Source of the DNA: a virus
Lineage: Duplodnaviria; Caudoviricetes
Virus record (IMG/VR): IMGVR_UViG_3300042521_002455
Coordinates: 1 to 27,438 of that record
Direction: 5' to 3' (one strand)
Length of the DNA stretch: 27,438 nucleotides
Below the pieces are notes generated by a model that saw only the letters and a list, made by a program, of their open reading frames with translations, made no database searches and was not told the origin of the DNA. Every line of letters starts with the position of its first letter. Position 1 is the first letter of the stretch. The translations under genes and the position numbers were made by a program. Of this stretch, positions 9,150 through 16,585 are shown piece by piece.

Positions 9150-12100
9150 GTGATTCGCGCATTTACTCGTTCCACTGGCGTCGCGCCGGATGCTCCTAAT
9201 TCGATTCTAAACGGCATGACGGCTGCGAACATCCGCGAGATTTACGACAACTTCGACACGATCTATTGGCCTGAGCAGATCACGCTTGTCGGCAATCAGA
9301 ACATCGACCTCAGTGAGCTTCGGAGCAAGACAAGCATCTCGCTAGTCTCAGGCAAGCCGCTTATCATCAGCGACGCATCTCGGATACTGACCGTAGGCGG
9401 CCAACCGTCCGGACAGCGAGGCGACTTTGACAGCCTCACACACGCGCCGCGTTTTGAAGGAGAGTTTTGGCTATACGGCAGCGGAACCGCCACACACGGA
9501 ACGCGCGGCGTCTTTGTGAACGCCGAAACGTATCGCCTGCACTTTGATTGGCTGTGGACGCAGAACCTTGGCGGCGGCATCCAGGGCACGCTTGGCGAAA
9601 TCAAGACTCTGACAATCGACCACTTCTTTGCGTGGCAGTTCATCGCCTTTGGCGCGGAGTTTTATTCCTCGGACCACATCAAAGAAATTAGCGAAATCTT
9701 CATAAACGGGAACGTCGAAGGCAACACCAAAGAGGCGCTGTCTGACGGCATCTTCTTCTCGTATGGGCCGAGCGTCGGCTCGGCTGGCAAGATTGGATCA
9801 GTCGTCCGCAATGGCGTGTGCTACCGGCAGAAGTCGGTGCAGAAGATTTGGGCGGTGCGGGACATCGTATCGCGGTCTTGGGCCGTGGAGAGCGGCTCCG
9901 GCGTGGCAACGTACGTCACAGAGGATTATCACAGCGTCGTTCCAGGTGATCCAGTGTTGACCGGCGGATGCGACAACACCGCCTACAATAATCTGACGAC
10001 CACGCCGGACATCGCCCTGGCCGGCACAGACGAGAAGACCATCAAAATCGCAATGGCGGTGGACCCCGGTGCGTACACCGTGCCGGGCTACTTCACCTAC
10101 AGCAACCGAACCGTGCCGGCCGGGTTCAATGACTACGAACGTCCGCGTAAGATCACGTTCTATGATGTTTCCGGCCGTGCCCAGTTGGGCAAAGTGTTCC
10201 ACAACGAGGCGGGTGGGTATGTCGGCTGGTATCGCTGCGTTGCGGACGATGCTGGTATATCCGACCCATACAACCTGTACCCGGTCGCGACGTGGTTGGC
10301 CGGCGTGCTAACCGTATCGACGTACACCGACAGCACCATGACGACGCCGGCAGATCACGAGTTGACGGCGGGGGAACTGTTCAACCTGCGCGCCTTCAAC
10401 CCCGCATCATACAACGTGTCCCTTGAGTGCGACACGGTGGTTGACAGCAACACCTTCACCGCGCTCATGACCGACGATCCCGGTGCGATTGTCAAGGTTG
10501 GCGCCTACTACAAGCCGACGGCGTCGTCCCAAGAATCGGACGGCTGGTACATCGGCGAGCGCGCCGGTGCGTACGCTATTGTCGACTGTGAGGGCCACGA
10601 GAATTACCGCTCTAACGTCTACGACAACCGCATGACTAACGAGCGGTCGCGCATCACCGGCAACCGTTTCTACAACGCATCATACGGCGCACCCAACCCG
10701 CCAAACCCCGTGGCCGACATCTACATGCGCCCCGGTCGAGCGAACATCACCATCACCGACAACATTCTGGGCACCGGAGATACCTGGCGCTTCGGCTCCA
10801 AGAGCTTCGTGTTCTCGGGTGTTCCGCTCGACGGCGAGTATGTGTCCATCAGGGTCAATGCGGCGACGGAGCCGACATACTTCATATTCACGACGGAAAG
10901 CGACCCTGACGCCTCGCAGCCTTCAGTGTTGATTGCTACAGGCGGCACCGCCAACGAGAACAGGGCGGCCACCATCGCCAATCTCTTGGCCGCGATTCAT
11001 GGCCGGGACGACGACAATTGCCGCGCCATCCAGTGCAGCGCGCGCGATGCAAACTTGAGCACGGTTGGTCCTATCGACCGGCTTCTCATGGTCCGCACAT
11101 TTGCCGGCAAAATCAGCGATGAGTTCATACTTGAGGACGGGTCTACCGTCATATCGCTGTCTCCGGGCGGCACGTCTTTGTCGGGCGGCACTGGCGTAGG
11201 AACTGCGTCCTACGGGATTATGAATGTCCGCGATGGCGACCGTGGAAACGTGGTGGAAAACAATTCCATTTCCAGCCATGCGCTAGGCGATAACAATATG
11301 GACCCGGTGGCGACTGCGCCAACGATCCGGTCGAACCTGCTGGACAATGGAGACTTCTCGCTTGACCAGCAGAACGAGGGCGCATCGGTCACGATCACCA
11401 GCCCGTCCACAAATGTTCGCGTTGTTGACCGTTGGGTGGCGACGCGCGGCACGGCAAACGTCACGGCCCAGCGTGTTGCTGGAACGGTGCAGACCTATGG
11501 CCTAAAGGTCACGGGCGCGGCGACGAATAGTTCCGTGGTGATCCGCCAGAGCATCGAGGCCAAGCGCGCGGCGGCGTTTGAAGGCAAGGTCTACACCTTC
11601 TCCGCTTGGGTCTACGGAACCGGCGTGACGCGCTGTTTCCTGCGGGTGGCAACGGCGGACGTTGCGGACAATTTCAGCGCCGTGACCAGCATCAAGAACA
11701 AGCAATTTATCATTGGGACGACGGCGACCCGCCTGTCCTTTAGCTTCGTCGGAACCGCCGCCATTGTGAACGGGCTAGAACTTTCGTTCCGGTTTACGTC
11801 AGGAATTGTCGCGGCGCAGAACGTGACCATTGAAGGCGCGAAGCTGGAAGAAAGCGGCGTCGTTACAGACTTCGTGCCGGACCTGCCGGAAGATACGTTG
11901 TTTTCCTGCCAGCAATACTACCGAAAGACCTTCCCGGCGGGCACGGCTCCCGCGCAAAACGCGGGCGTCACGGGCGCAGTCAATGGCGTGCAGTCTCTTG
12001 CGGGCGCGGTGGCTCAGCAGTTCCAGGTGGTCGATTTCAGCCCACCCATGCGCGCCGCGCCGACCGTGGTTCTGTTCAACCCCAGCGCCACGAACGCGCA

Positions 12101-12251
12101 GATCCGCAATACGGCGGCGGCTGCGGACTGGTCCGCGTCGGCGTCTGTGGCCGACGTTAACGGCATCACGATCAGCGGCACTGGGCCGGGCGGGGGAGCA
12201 GCCGGAGAGGCGTCCGCCGTCCACTACGCCGCCGACGCGGACTTCTTATGA
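9150..12251 (+). CDS. Large tailspike-like protein: probable beta-helix with inserted domains and C-terminal carbohydrate-binding-like module
   Basis: 1033 aa; beta-helix-like repeats (ITGNRF, ITITDNIL, VVENNSI); C-terminal NLLDNGDF...DRW...KLEE...CQQYY pattern common in phage fibre tips; GTG start weakly supported. Confidence 0.7.
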   Translation: MIRAFTRSTGVAPDAPNSILNGMTAANIREIYDNFDTIYWPEQITLVGNQNIDLSELRSKTSISLVSGKPLIISDASRILTVGGQPSGQRGDFDSLTHAPRFEGEFWLYGSGTATHGTRGVFVNAETYRLHFDWLWTQNLGGGIQGTLGEIKTLTIDHFFAWQFIAFGAEFYSSDHIKEISEIFINGNVEGNTKEALSDGIFFSYGPSVGSAGKIGSVVRNGVCYRQKSVQKIWAVRDIVSRSWAVESGSGVATYVTEDYHSVVPGDPVLTGGCDNTAYNNLTTTPDIALAGTDEKTIKIAMAVDPGAYTVPGYFTYSNRTVPAGFNDYERPRKITFYDVSGRAQLGKVFHNEAGGYVGWYRCVADDAGISDPYNLYPVATWLAGVLTVSTYTDSTMTTPADHELTAGELFNLRAFNPASYNVSLECDTVVDSNTFTALMTDDPGAIVKVGAYYKPTASSQESDGWYIGERAGAYAIVDCEGHENYRSNVYDNRMTNERSRITGNRFYNASYGAPNPPNPVADIYMRPGRANITITDNILGTGDTWRFGSKSFVFSGVPLDGEYVSIRVNAATEPTYFIFTTESDPDASQPSVLIATGGTANENRAATIANLLAAIHGRDDDNCRAIQCSARDANLSTVGPIDRLLMVRTFAGKISDEFILEDGSTVISLSPGGTSLSGGTGVGTASYGIMNVRDGDRGNVVENNSISSHALGDNNMDPVATAPTIRSNLLDNGDFSLDQQNEGASVTITSPSTNVRVVDRWVATRGTANVTAQRVAGTVQTYGLKVTGAATNSSVVIRQSIEAKRAAAFEGKVYTFSAWVYGTGVTRCFLRVATADVADNFSAVTSIKNKQFIIGTTATRLSFSFVGTAAIVNGLELSFRFTSGIVAAQNVTIEGAKLEESGVVTDFVPDLPEDTLFSCQQYYRKTFPAGTAPAQNAGVTGAVNGVQSLAGAVAQQFQVVDFSPPMRAAPTVVLFNPSATNAQIRNTAAAADWSASASVADVNGITISGTGPGGGAAGEASAVHYAADADFL

Positions 12252-12265
12252 TGAGTTAAAGCAGC

Positions 12266-12333
12266 GGCCCCGAGGTAACGCGCGAACGAAACCCCGGAGC
12301 CTGACCACCCCCGACCTAAAAGGAAGGCCGGCG
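12266..12333 (+). promoter_or_regulatory. Two-hairpin leader; second hairpin overlaps the SD of the first lysis-cassette gene
   Basis: 12266-12276 pairs with 12291-12301 (9/11); 12311-12317 pairs with 12325-12331 (6/7), overlapping AGGAAGG at 12321-12327. Confidence 0.45.
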
Positions 12334-12705
12334 ATGACCGACAAGAACCTAGAAGCAGCGGGCAGAGAGTCAAAGCCGCGCTTCATCTTTGACCCAACTA
12401 TAAATTTGGGTCACGTCTTAACGGCCGCGTCTTTTCTGATTGTCGGCACGGCGGGTTATGTCGCCTTGGATGGTCGCGTCGGCGCGTTGGAGCGGTCACA
12501 CCGCGAAGAGCAGTCTCTTCGCTACACCGCAGACCAGCAGGTGGAAACCCGGCTCATGCGCGAGGTGACGCTTCAGCGAACGCATATGGATCAAATACAG
12601 GTCCGCACCTCCGAAGATATCCGCGAAATAAAAACCATTGTGCGTGAAGGCTTCCGCGATTTGGACACAAAACTGCAGACCAAGGCCGACCGGCCGGGGA
12701 AATAA
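12334..12705 (+). CDS. Single-TM coiled-coil protein, holin/antiholin-like
   Basis: SD AGGAAGG, ATG 12334; FDPTINLGHVLT followed by one hydrophobic helix and a coiled coil; upstream of the endolysin. Confidence 0.55.
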   Translation: MTDKNLEAAGRESKPRFIFDPTINLGHVLTAASFLIVGTAGYVALDGRVGALERSHREEQSLRYTADQQVETRLMREVTLQRTHMDQIQVRTSEDIREIKTIVREGFRDLDTKLQTKADRPGK

Positions 12706-12706
12706 C

Positions 12707-12898
12707 ATGAACCACCACCCGCGCATCATCAGTGAGCAGGGGCAGCCCCTACGCCTCAAGGTGTGGGACGGCGAGCGTGATCTGTCCTTCAAGGTGAGCA
12801 TGGGCGAACTGCGCAACCTCGTCGCGGACGGCATGGATATTCTCATGCGGGAAATGCGCGAGCGGGAGCGCCGGGAAAACGAAAGGTACACCCTATGA
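12707..12898 (+). CDS. Hypothetical protein (63 aa) in the lysis cassette
   Basis: ATG 1 nt after the upstream stop; stop overlaps the endolysin start (ATGA). Confidence 0.6.
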   Translation: MNHHPRIISEQGQPLRLKVWDGERDLSFKVSMGELRNLVADGMDILMREMRERERRENERYTL

Positions 12899-13680
12899 GA
12901 GTGAACCAAGCGGGGCGCGGCCTCATTGCCGAGTTTGAGGGGCAACGGCTGACCGCCTATCGCTGTCCAGCGGGCGTGTGGACCATCGGCATCGGCTCTA
13001 CCCAACCGCCGGTCACTCCGGGCATGCAGATCACAGTCGATCAAATGTGGGAGCGGTTTGACCACGACATCGCGATATTCGAGACGGGCGTGCTGGCGGC
13101 ATTGGCCGGGGCGCCGACGACACAGAACCAGTTTAACGCGATGGTCTCTCTGGCCTACAATATCGGCCTTGGCGGCTTCCGCACGTCCTCTGTGTTGAGG
13201 GCGCACAAGGCGGGCAACACGTCCGCCGCTGCCAATGCCTTCGGTCTATGGAACAAGGCGACCGTTGACGGCAAGCTGGTGGAAATGCCAGGCCTGACTC
13301 GCCGCAGGGCCGCTGAAACGGCTCTCTACCTCACGCCGGACGCCGTGGGCCATGTCGAGCGCGCGTGGGCCATGCCGCAGGCGGTCGCCAAGCCGGCCGG
13401 CGCGAGCTCGTCCAAGGCGGTGCTTACGAATGTCGGTGTCGGCGCTGGCGCGGCCACCCTGGCGATCTCCAACCTGCAGCCCGCCATTGAGGCAGTTAAC
13501 AGCGCCGTAGAGGCCGCCAAATCTGCCCAAGGTACGTGGGCAAGCCTTCGGGACCTACTATCGCCCCTGTCCAACGGACACGTCTATACGGCCCTGATAG
13601 CGGCCGGAATAACGCTTGCGGCAGTCTACCTGATCCGGCGGGTATTTCGGCGCGTGAAGTCGGGGGAGATCACGCCATGA
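12895..13680 (+). CDS. Endolysin, GH24 lysozyme with hydrophobic C-terminal extension
   Basis: FEG..L.AYRCPAGVWTIG (E-x8-C-x5-T triad), QNQFNAMVSLAYNIG, GLTRRRAAE; C-terminal hydrophobic helix followed by basic residues. Confidence 0.92.
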   Translation: MRVNQAGRGLIAEFEGQRLTAYRCPAGVWTIGIGSTQPPVTPGMQITVDQMWERFDHDIAIFETGVLAALAGAPTTQNQFNAMVSLAYNIGLGGFRTSSVLRAHKAGNTSAAANAFGLWNKATVDGKLVEMPGLTRRRAAETALYLTPDAVGHVERAWAMPQAVAKPAGASSSKAVLTNVGVGAGAATLAISNLQPAIEAVNSAVEAAKSAQGTWASLRDLLSPLSNGHVYTALIAAGITLAAVYLIRRVFRRVKSGEITP

Positions 13681-13688
13681 GGGAAAAT

Positions 13689-13764
13689 GCTGCGGCGGGA
13701 AACGTAGTAGGTACCCTAGCTGGCCTCCGGAGCCGTGTTTGCCATCCTTTCGGACCGCCGCAGC
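13689..13764. other. 76-nt structured element closed by a perfect 10-bp inverted repeat
   Basis: GCTGCGGCGG (13689-13698) / CCGCCGCAGC (13755-13764); internal hairpins; GGAAAAT direct repeats at 13682-13688 and 13767-13773. Confidence 0.55.
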
Positions 13765-13784
13765 CCGGAAAATATAGCTAAGTC

Positions 13785-14021
13785 ATGCCGACTTTTCTAG
13801 CGGGGATATGGGCCAAGGTCGCCTTTGGTGCGGCCTTTGTCGGCCTTCTGTTGCTGGCCGTGTTCCGGCTCATCGGTATAGGCCGCAAAGCCGAGCAAGC
13901 CGATCAAGCGAGACGCAATATCGAAGCGAGGAGGGATGCCGATGAAGCCGAGCGTATGGTTGAGCGTGCTGGCGATGGTGAGCTTGACGAGTTGCGCAAG
14001 CGGTGGACCCGCAGCCGGTAA
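13785..14021 (+). CDS. Inner-membrane spanin (Rz-like)
   Basis: N-terminal TM helix plus charged helical periplasmic tail; follows the endolysin; overlapped by a lipoprotein ORF. Confidence 0.75.
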   Translation: MPTFLAGIWAKVAFGAAFVGLLLLAVFRLIGIGRKAEQADQARRNIEARRDADEAERMVERAGDGELDELRKRWTRSR

Positions 14022-14139
14022 TTACTGCGATATTGCAAAGCCCATTTACTTTGCGCCCGATGACCGGATGAGCCGCGACACCGAGCGCGCGATCATCCGG
14101 CACAACGAAGTCGGAAGTGCAATTTGTGGGTGGAAGTAA
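13942..14139 (+). CDS. Outer-membrane lipoprotein spanin (Rz1-like)
   Basis: Signal peptide with lipobox LTSC; two further Cys; overlaps the i-spanin 3' end in another frame; SD AGGAGG favours ATG 13942 over 13936. Confidence 0.8.
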   Translation: MKPSVWLSVLAMVSLTSCASGGPAAGNYCDIAKPIYFAPDDRMSRDTERAIIRHNEVGSAICGWK

Positions 14140-14169
14140 AGGGGGCGGCCAACCGTCGCCGGCCGCCCC
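14136..14169 (-). terminator. GC-rich hairpin, probable intrinsic terminator for leftward transcription
   Basis: GGGGCGGCC (14142-14150) / GGCCGCCCC (14161-14169), 9 bp perfect; followed by CTTTACTT on the minus strand; lies between convergent genes. Confidence 0.55.
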
Positions 14170-14295
14170 GGAACGCCCCTACTGCCGGAACGGGTCCGGG
14201 GCCAGGTCGCGTCTCTATTATGAACCAGTGCATTATTTGCACAAGTTGCAAACGAAAGTTTCAATCAATGCTGTCTGCTCCTGTAGAGGTGGGGG

Positions 14296-15279
14296 TTATA
14301 GCCGGGCCGCAATCTGCTCGGCAGTCTCGCGGTAGTACGTCCCGACCAGAATACGCACGTCTTTGTGCCCGCTGATCTTGGCTAGCGTCATCACGTCAAC
14401 TTTGCGGGCTAGGCGTGTCAGGGCCTCCGCGCGGCTGTCGTGAAAGTGCAGATCCTCGATCATCAGCCGGTCGCGCGCCTTCCGGAAGAGGCTATCCAAC
14501 ACGGCGCTGGAGATTGTAAAGCACGCCTCCCGGTCGGCTACTGGCCGCAAGAGCCGGACGGCATGGTGCGTCAGAGGCACGTCGCGCGGCTTGCCGGTGA
14601 TGTGCTGGGTCTTGTGCTGGACGGACGCCACCCGGCGTCGCAGGTCCAGATTCGGACTGCCCAGTCCAAGTATCTCGCCCGCACGCATGCCGGATCGGAT
14701 GCCTACCAAGAAGGCCAGCGCGACTTCCTGCGACTTCGTTTGCGGTGCCTTCCCCGCACGGTAGTCGAGGATGCGGCACAAGGCGCGGACCTCTGCCGGG
14801 CTTACGCGGCGCGTGCGCGGCGCCGGGTTCCGGGGGATGCGCAAGCCCTGCAACGGGTTCTGCTCCATCCATCGCCATTCTTCGCGCGCCACGCGGAAGG
14901 CATGCCGCAGCCAATTCAGGTTGCGCAGGACCGTCGCGTCGCTGACGGTCTTGAGCCTTGCATCGCGCCACGCGGCGAAGTCCGGCGCGTCCAGATCGGA
15001 TAGCTTCTTGCCAACCAGATTGGGGAAATCCCGCAGGAACGCCTTGGCTTGGCTGATCTCGTGCGCGCTTCCTCGTTTAGCGGGCATGACCGTCTCGACG
15101 TAGTGCTCGATCAACTGGCGCAGCGTGCGCGTTTCGGCGGCTGGCCGCTCTAGCTCCTGTTCCTTGGCTACTGCCCACGCGGTTGCCTCGCGCTGCGTCC
15201 TGAACACCTTGGATGCGCGGCGCCCGTTTACGTAGACCTGTGCGCGGTATCCGCGCCCGTACCTCCCGACCGATGCCAT
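14296..15279 (-). CDS. int: Tyrosine recombinase / phage integrase (327 aa)
   Basis: Catalytic R (GMRAGE), HxxR (HDSR), H (SGH), Y (TYYR). Start re-assigned to MASVGRYG at 15279, with SD GGGGGAG. Confidence 0.93.
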   Translation of the reverse strand: MASVGRYGRGYRAQVYVNGRRASKVFRTQREATAWAVAKEQELERPAAETRTLRQLIEHYVETVMPAKRGSAHEISQAKAFLRDFPNLVGKKLSDLDAPDFAAWRDARLKTVSDATVLRNLNWLRHAFRVAREEWRWMEQNPLQGLRIPRNPAPRTRRVSPAEVRALCRILDYRAGKAPQTKSQEVALAFLVGIRSGMRAGEILGLGSPNLDLRRRVASVQHKTQHITGKPRDVPLTHHAVRLLRPVADREACFTISSAVLDSLFRKARDRLMIEDLHFHDSRAEALTRLARKVDVMTLAKISGHKDVRILVGTYYRETAEQIAARL

Positions 15280-15350
15280 GCCCGCTCCCCCTGATGCGTA
15301 GTGGCGTGGGGGAATAATGGGGAGACGGCGGCGCGATTGTCTAGTTTGTG

Positions 15351-15446
15351 GGATATTGCCGGATACTGTCCGTTGCTGCAAAAGACCTGCAAAGCCGCTG
15401 TTTATCTGGCAATATCCGGCGCCCAGATATTGCTGGATAATGCCGG
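15351..15446. repeat. Cluster of 10-bp GGATA(T/C/A)TGCC-like repeats in the attP arm
   Basis: Units at 15351, 15361, 15425 and 15435, plus an inverted unit at 15408-15417; arranged as tandem pairs with 10-bp period. Confidence 0.7.
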
Positions 15447-15464
15447 TGGTGCCCCCGGCCGGAC
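15447..15464 (-). other. attP core identical in form to a tRNA 3' end (probably tRNA-Leu)
   Basis: Minus strand reads GTCCGGCCGGGGGCACCA: 3' side of the T arm, acceptor strand, discriminator A and CCA; located between xis and int. Confidence 0.8.
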
Positions 15465-15508
15465 GCAAAAGCCCAGCGCCTAAAGCGTTCTGTGCCTGTC
15501 GTGCGTAA

Positions 15509-15727
15509 TTATTGGGGAGCGCGCAACGCATCCACGGTCTCAATTGCGATCAACCCACAGGCATTGAGCCGCAGTTTCCCGGACATGATGTAGTTCCGCA
15601 CGGTCTTGGGGTGGACGTGAAGCATCTGCGCTGCCTGCTTCTGTGTGACTTGCGTAGGGCGCGGATGCGACTCGGCGTAGAGCCGCACCGCCTGCACGGC
15701 AACACGCAAGGTCTGGTCGTCACTCAT
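15509..15727 (-). CDS. xis: Excisionase-like HTH protein (72 aa)
   Basis: VTQKQAAQMLHVHPKTVRNYIMSGKL winged-HTH pattern; adjacent to attP; SD AAGGAG before ATG 15727. Confidence 0.75.
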   Translation of the reverse strand: MSDDQTLRVAVQAVRLYAESHPRPTQVTQKQAAQMLHVHPKTVRNYIMSGKLRLNACGLIAIETVDALRAPQ

Positions 15728-16193
15728 CGCCTTTCTCCTTGTCTGTTTTCTCGTCATGGGAGAGGGAACGGATGGCGGCGGCGATGTTCTCGCAAGCAAC
15801 CTCGGCGCAGGCGTATGCCTCTCGGCCGCTCCATGCTTTTGCCTCAACATCCGCCACCTTCGCCGCCTCCTCCAGGATGGATTGACGGGAGGGAGAGCGG
15901 CGGTTCCATGCGGCGATGGCCGCGCTTGTGCGTTCCTTCAACGGACCGTCGCAGTTACAACGTGAGCAGGAGACAAACTGGTATCGAGACACCATCTGCG
16001 CGTGAATGGCCGGAACGCCGTTGCAAAACGGGCACGGCAGTAACTCTCTCTCGCTCATGTCATCTTGCTCCTTCATCTCGCCTCCTTGACCATCGGCAAC
16101 CTGGGCCTGCGTGACCTGCGTCGGCCTTGGATGTGTCTCGGCGTAGAGCTGCACCGCGCGAGCGGCGATGCGTAGGGTCTGGTCGTCGCTCAT
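15720..16193 (-). CDS. Lar-like (restriction alleviation family) Zn-finger protein with an in-frame xis-like N-terminal fragment
   Basis: LLPCPFCNG...CSRC...AIAAWNRR is the Lar-family pattern; internal SD AAGGAGG before ATG 16076 gives an alternative start. Confidence 0.7.
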   Translation of the reverse strand: MSDDQTLRIAARAVQLYAETHPRPTQVTQAQVADGQGGEMKEQDDMSERELLPCPFCNGVPAIHAQMVSRYQFVSCSRCNCDGPLKERTSAAIAAWNRRSPSRQSILEEAAKVADVEAKAWSGREAYACAEVACENIAAAIRSLSHDEKTDKEKGDE

Positions 16194-16585
16194 CTCTCCG
16201 TCTCCTTCGCTGCGAGCACGGCGTCTACGTCTCGGCGGCCTTGCGCGCTGAGATACCCTCGCGCCACTTCCAGCGCCTCCCGCCTCACGTCCTCCCCTTT
16301 CGTCGCGTTTACGCTATTGGCCCAATCGGCCCACGCCATGAGCGCCGCCGAAAGGGCTCGCGCCTCGCGCACGTCGCTCAAACTGAACTCCAGTTCGTAC
16401 AGGTGCCGATTTTCCCTAGACCCTTGCCTCATCACCACGACCATTGATCCATCGGCAAATCCGGGATGCGGCCCGACTTCAATCATCGTCTCGTTCTCGG
16501 TGTAGGCAAGATCAACACGCGCACCCGCGACTGTTCTATCGGGGTCGCGGAAAAGCGCATCTATGATGCGGCCGATGGATGTCAT
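16190..16585 (-). CDS. Hypothetical protein
   Basis: SD AAGGAG; ATGA couplings at both ends. Confidence 0.65.
   Translation of the reverse strand: MTSIGRIIDALFRDPDRTVAGARVDLAYTENETMIEVGPHPGFADGSMVVVMRQGSRENRHLYELEFSLSDVREARALSAALMAWADWANSVNATKGEDVRREALEVARGYLSAQGRRDVDAVLAAKETER

Noticed and set aside
12292-12300. 9-nt complementarity between the lysis leader and the candidate sRNA at 14166-14174
   Set aside because: Short, GC-rich and includes a wobble pair; expected by chance at this composition.
11830-12333. Long N-terminal extension of the 291-aa ORF
   Set aside because: Overlaps the tailspike in another frame with Arg-rich shadow composition; the SD supports a start at 12334.
13689-13764. 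Canonical tRNA gene or known ribozyme/riboswitch
   Set aside because: No TTCRA T-loop, no proper D arm or CCA, and no hammerhead CTGANGA core. Kept only as an unclassified structured element.
6562-15279. Diversity-generating retroelement or shufflon acting on tail genes
   Set aside because: No reverse transcriptase, no template/variable repeat pair and no inverted cassette repeats seen; the recombinase is explained by attP.
15447-15464. Complete tRNA gene
   Set aside because: Only the last 18 nt match; the sequence diverges in the T loop, as expected for an attP core.
15280-15543. 88-codon N-terminal extension of the integrase in the ORF track (415 aa), running through attP
   Set aside because: The extension has no integrase-like features, crosses the att core and overlaps xis. 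A good SD precedes ATG 15279, so an open frame by chance is more likely.
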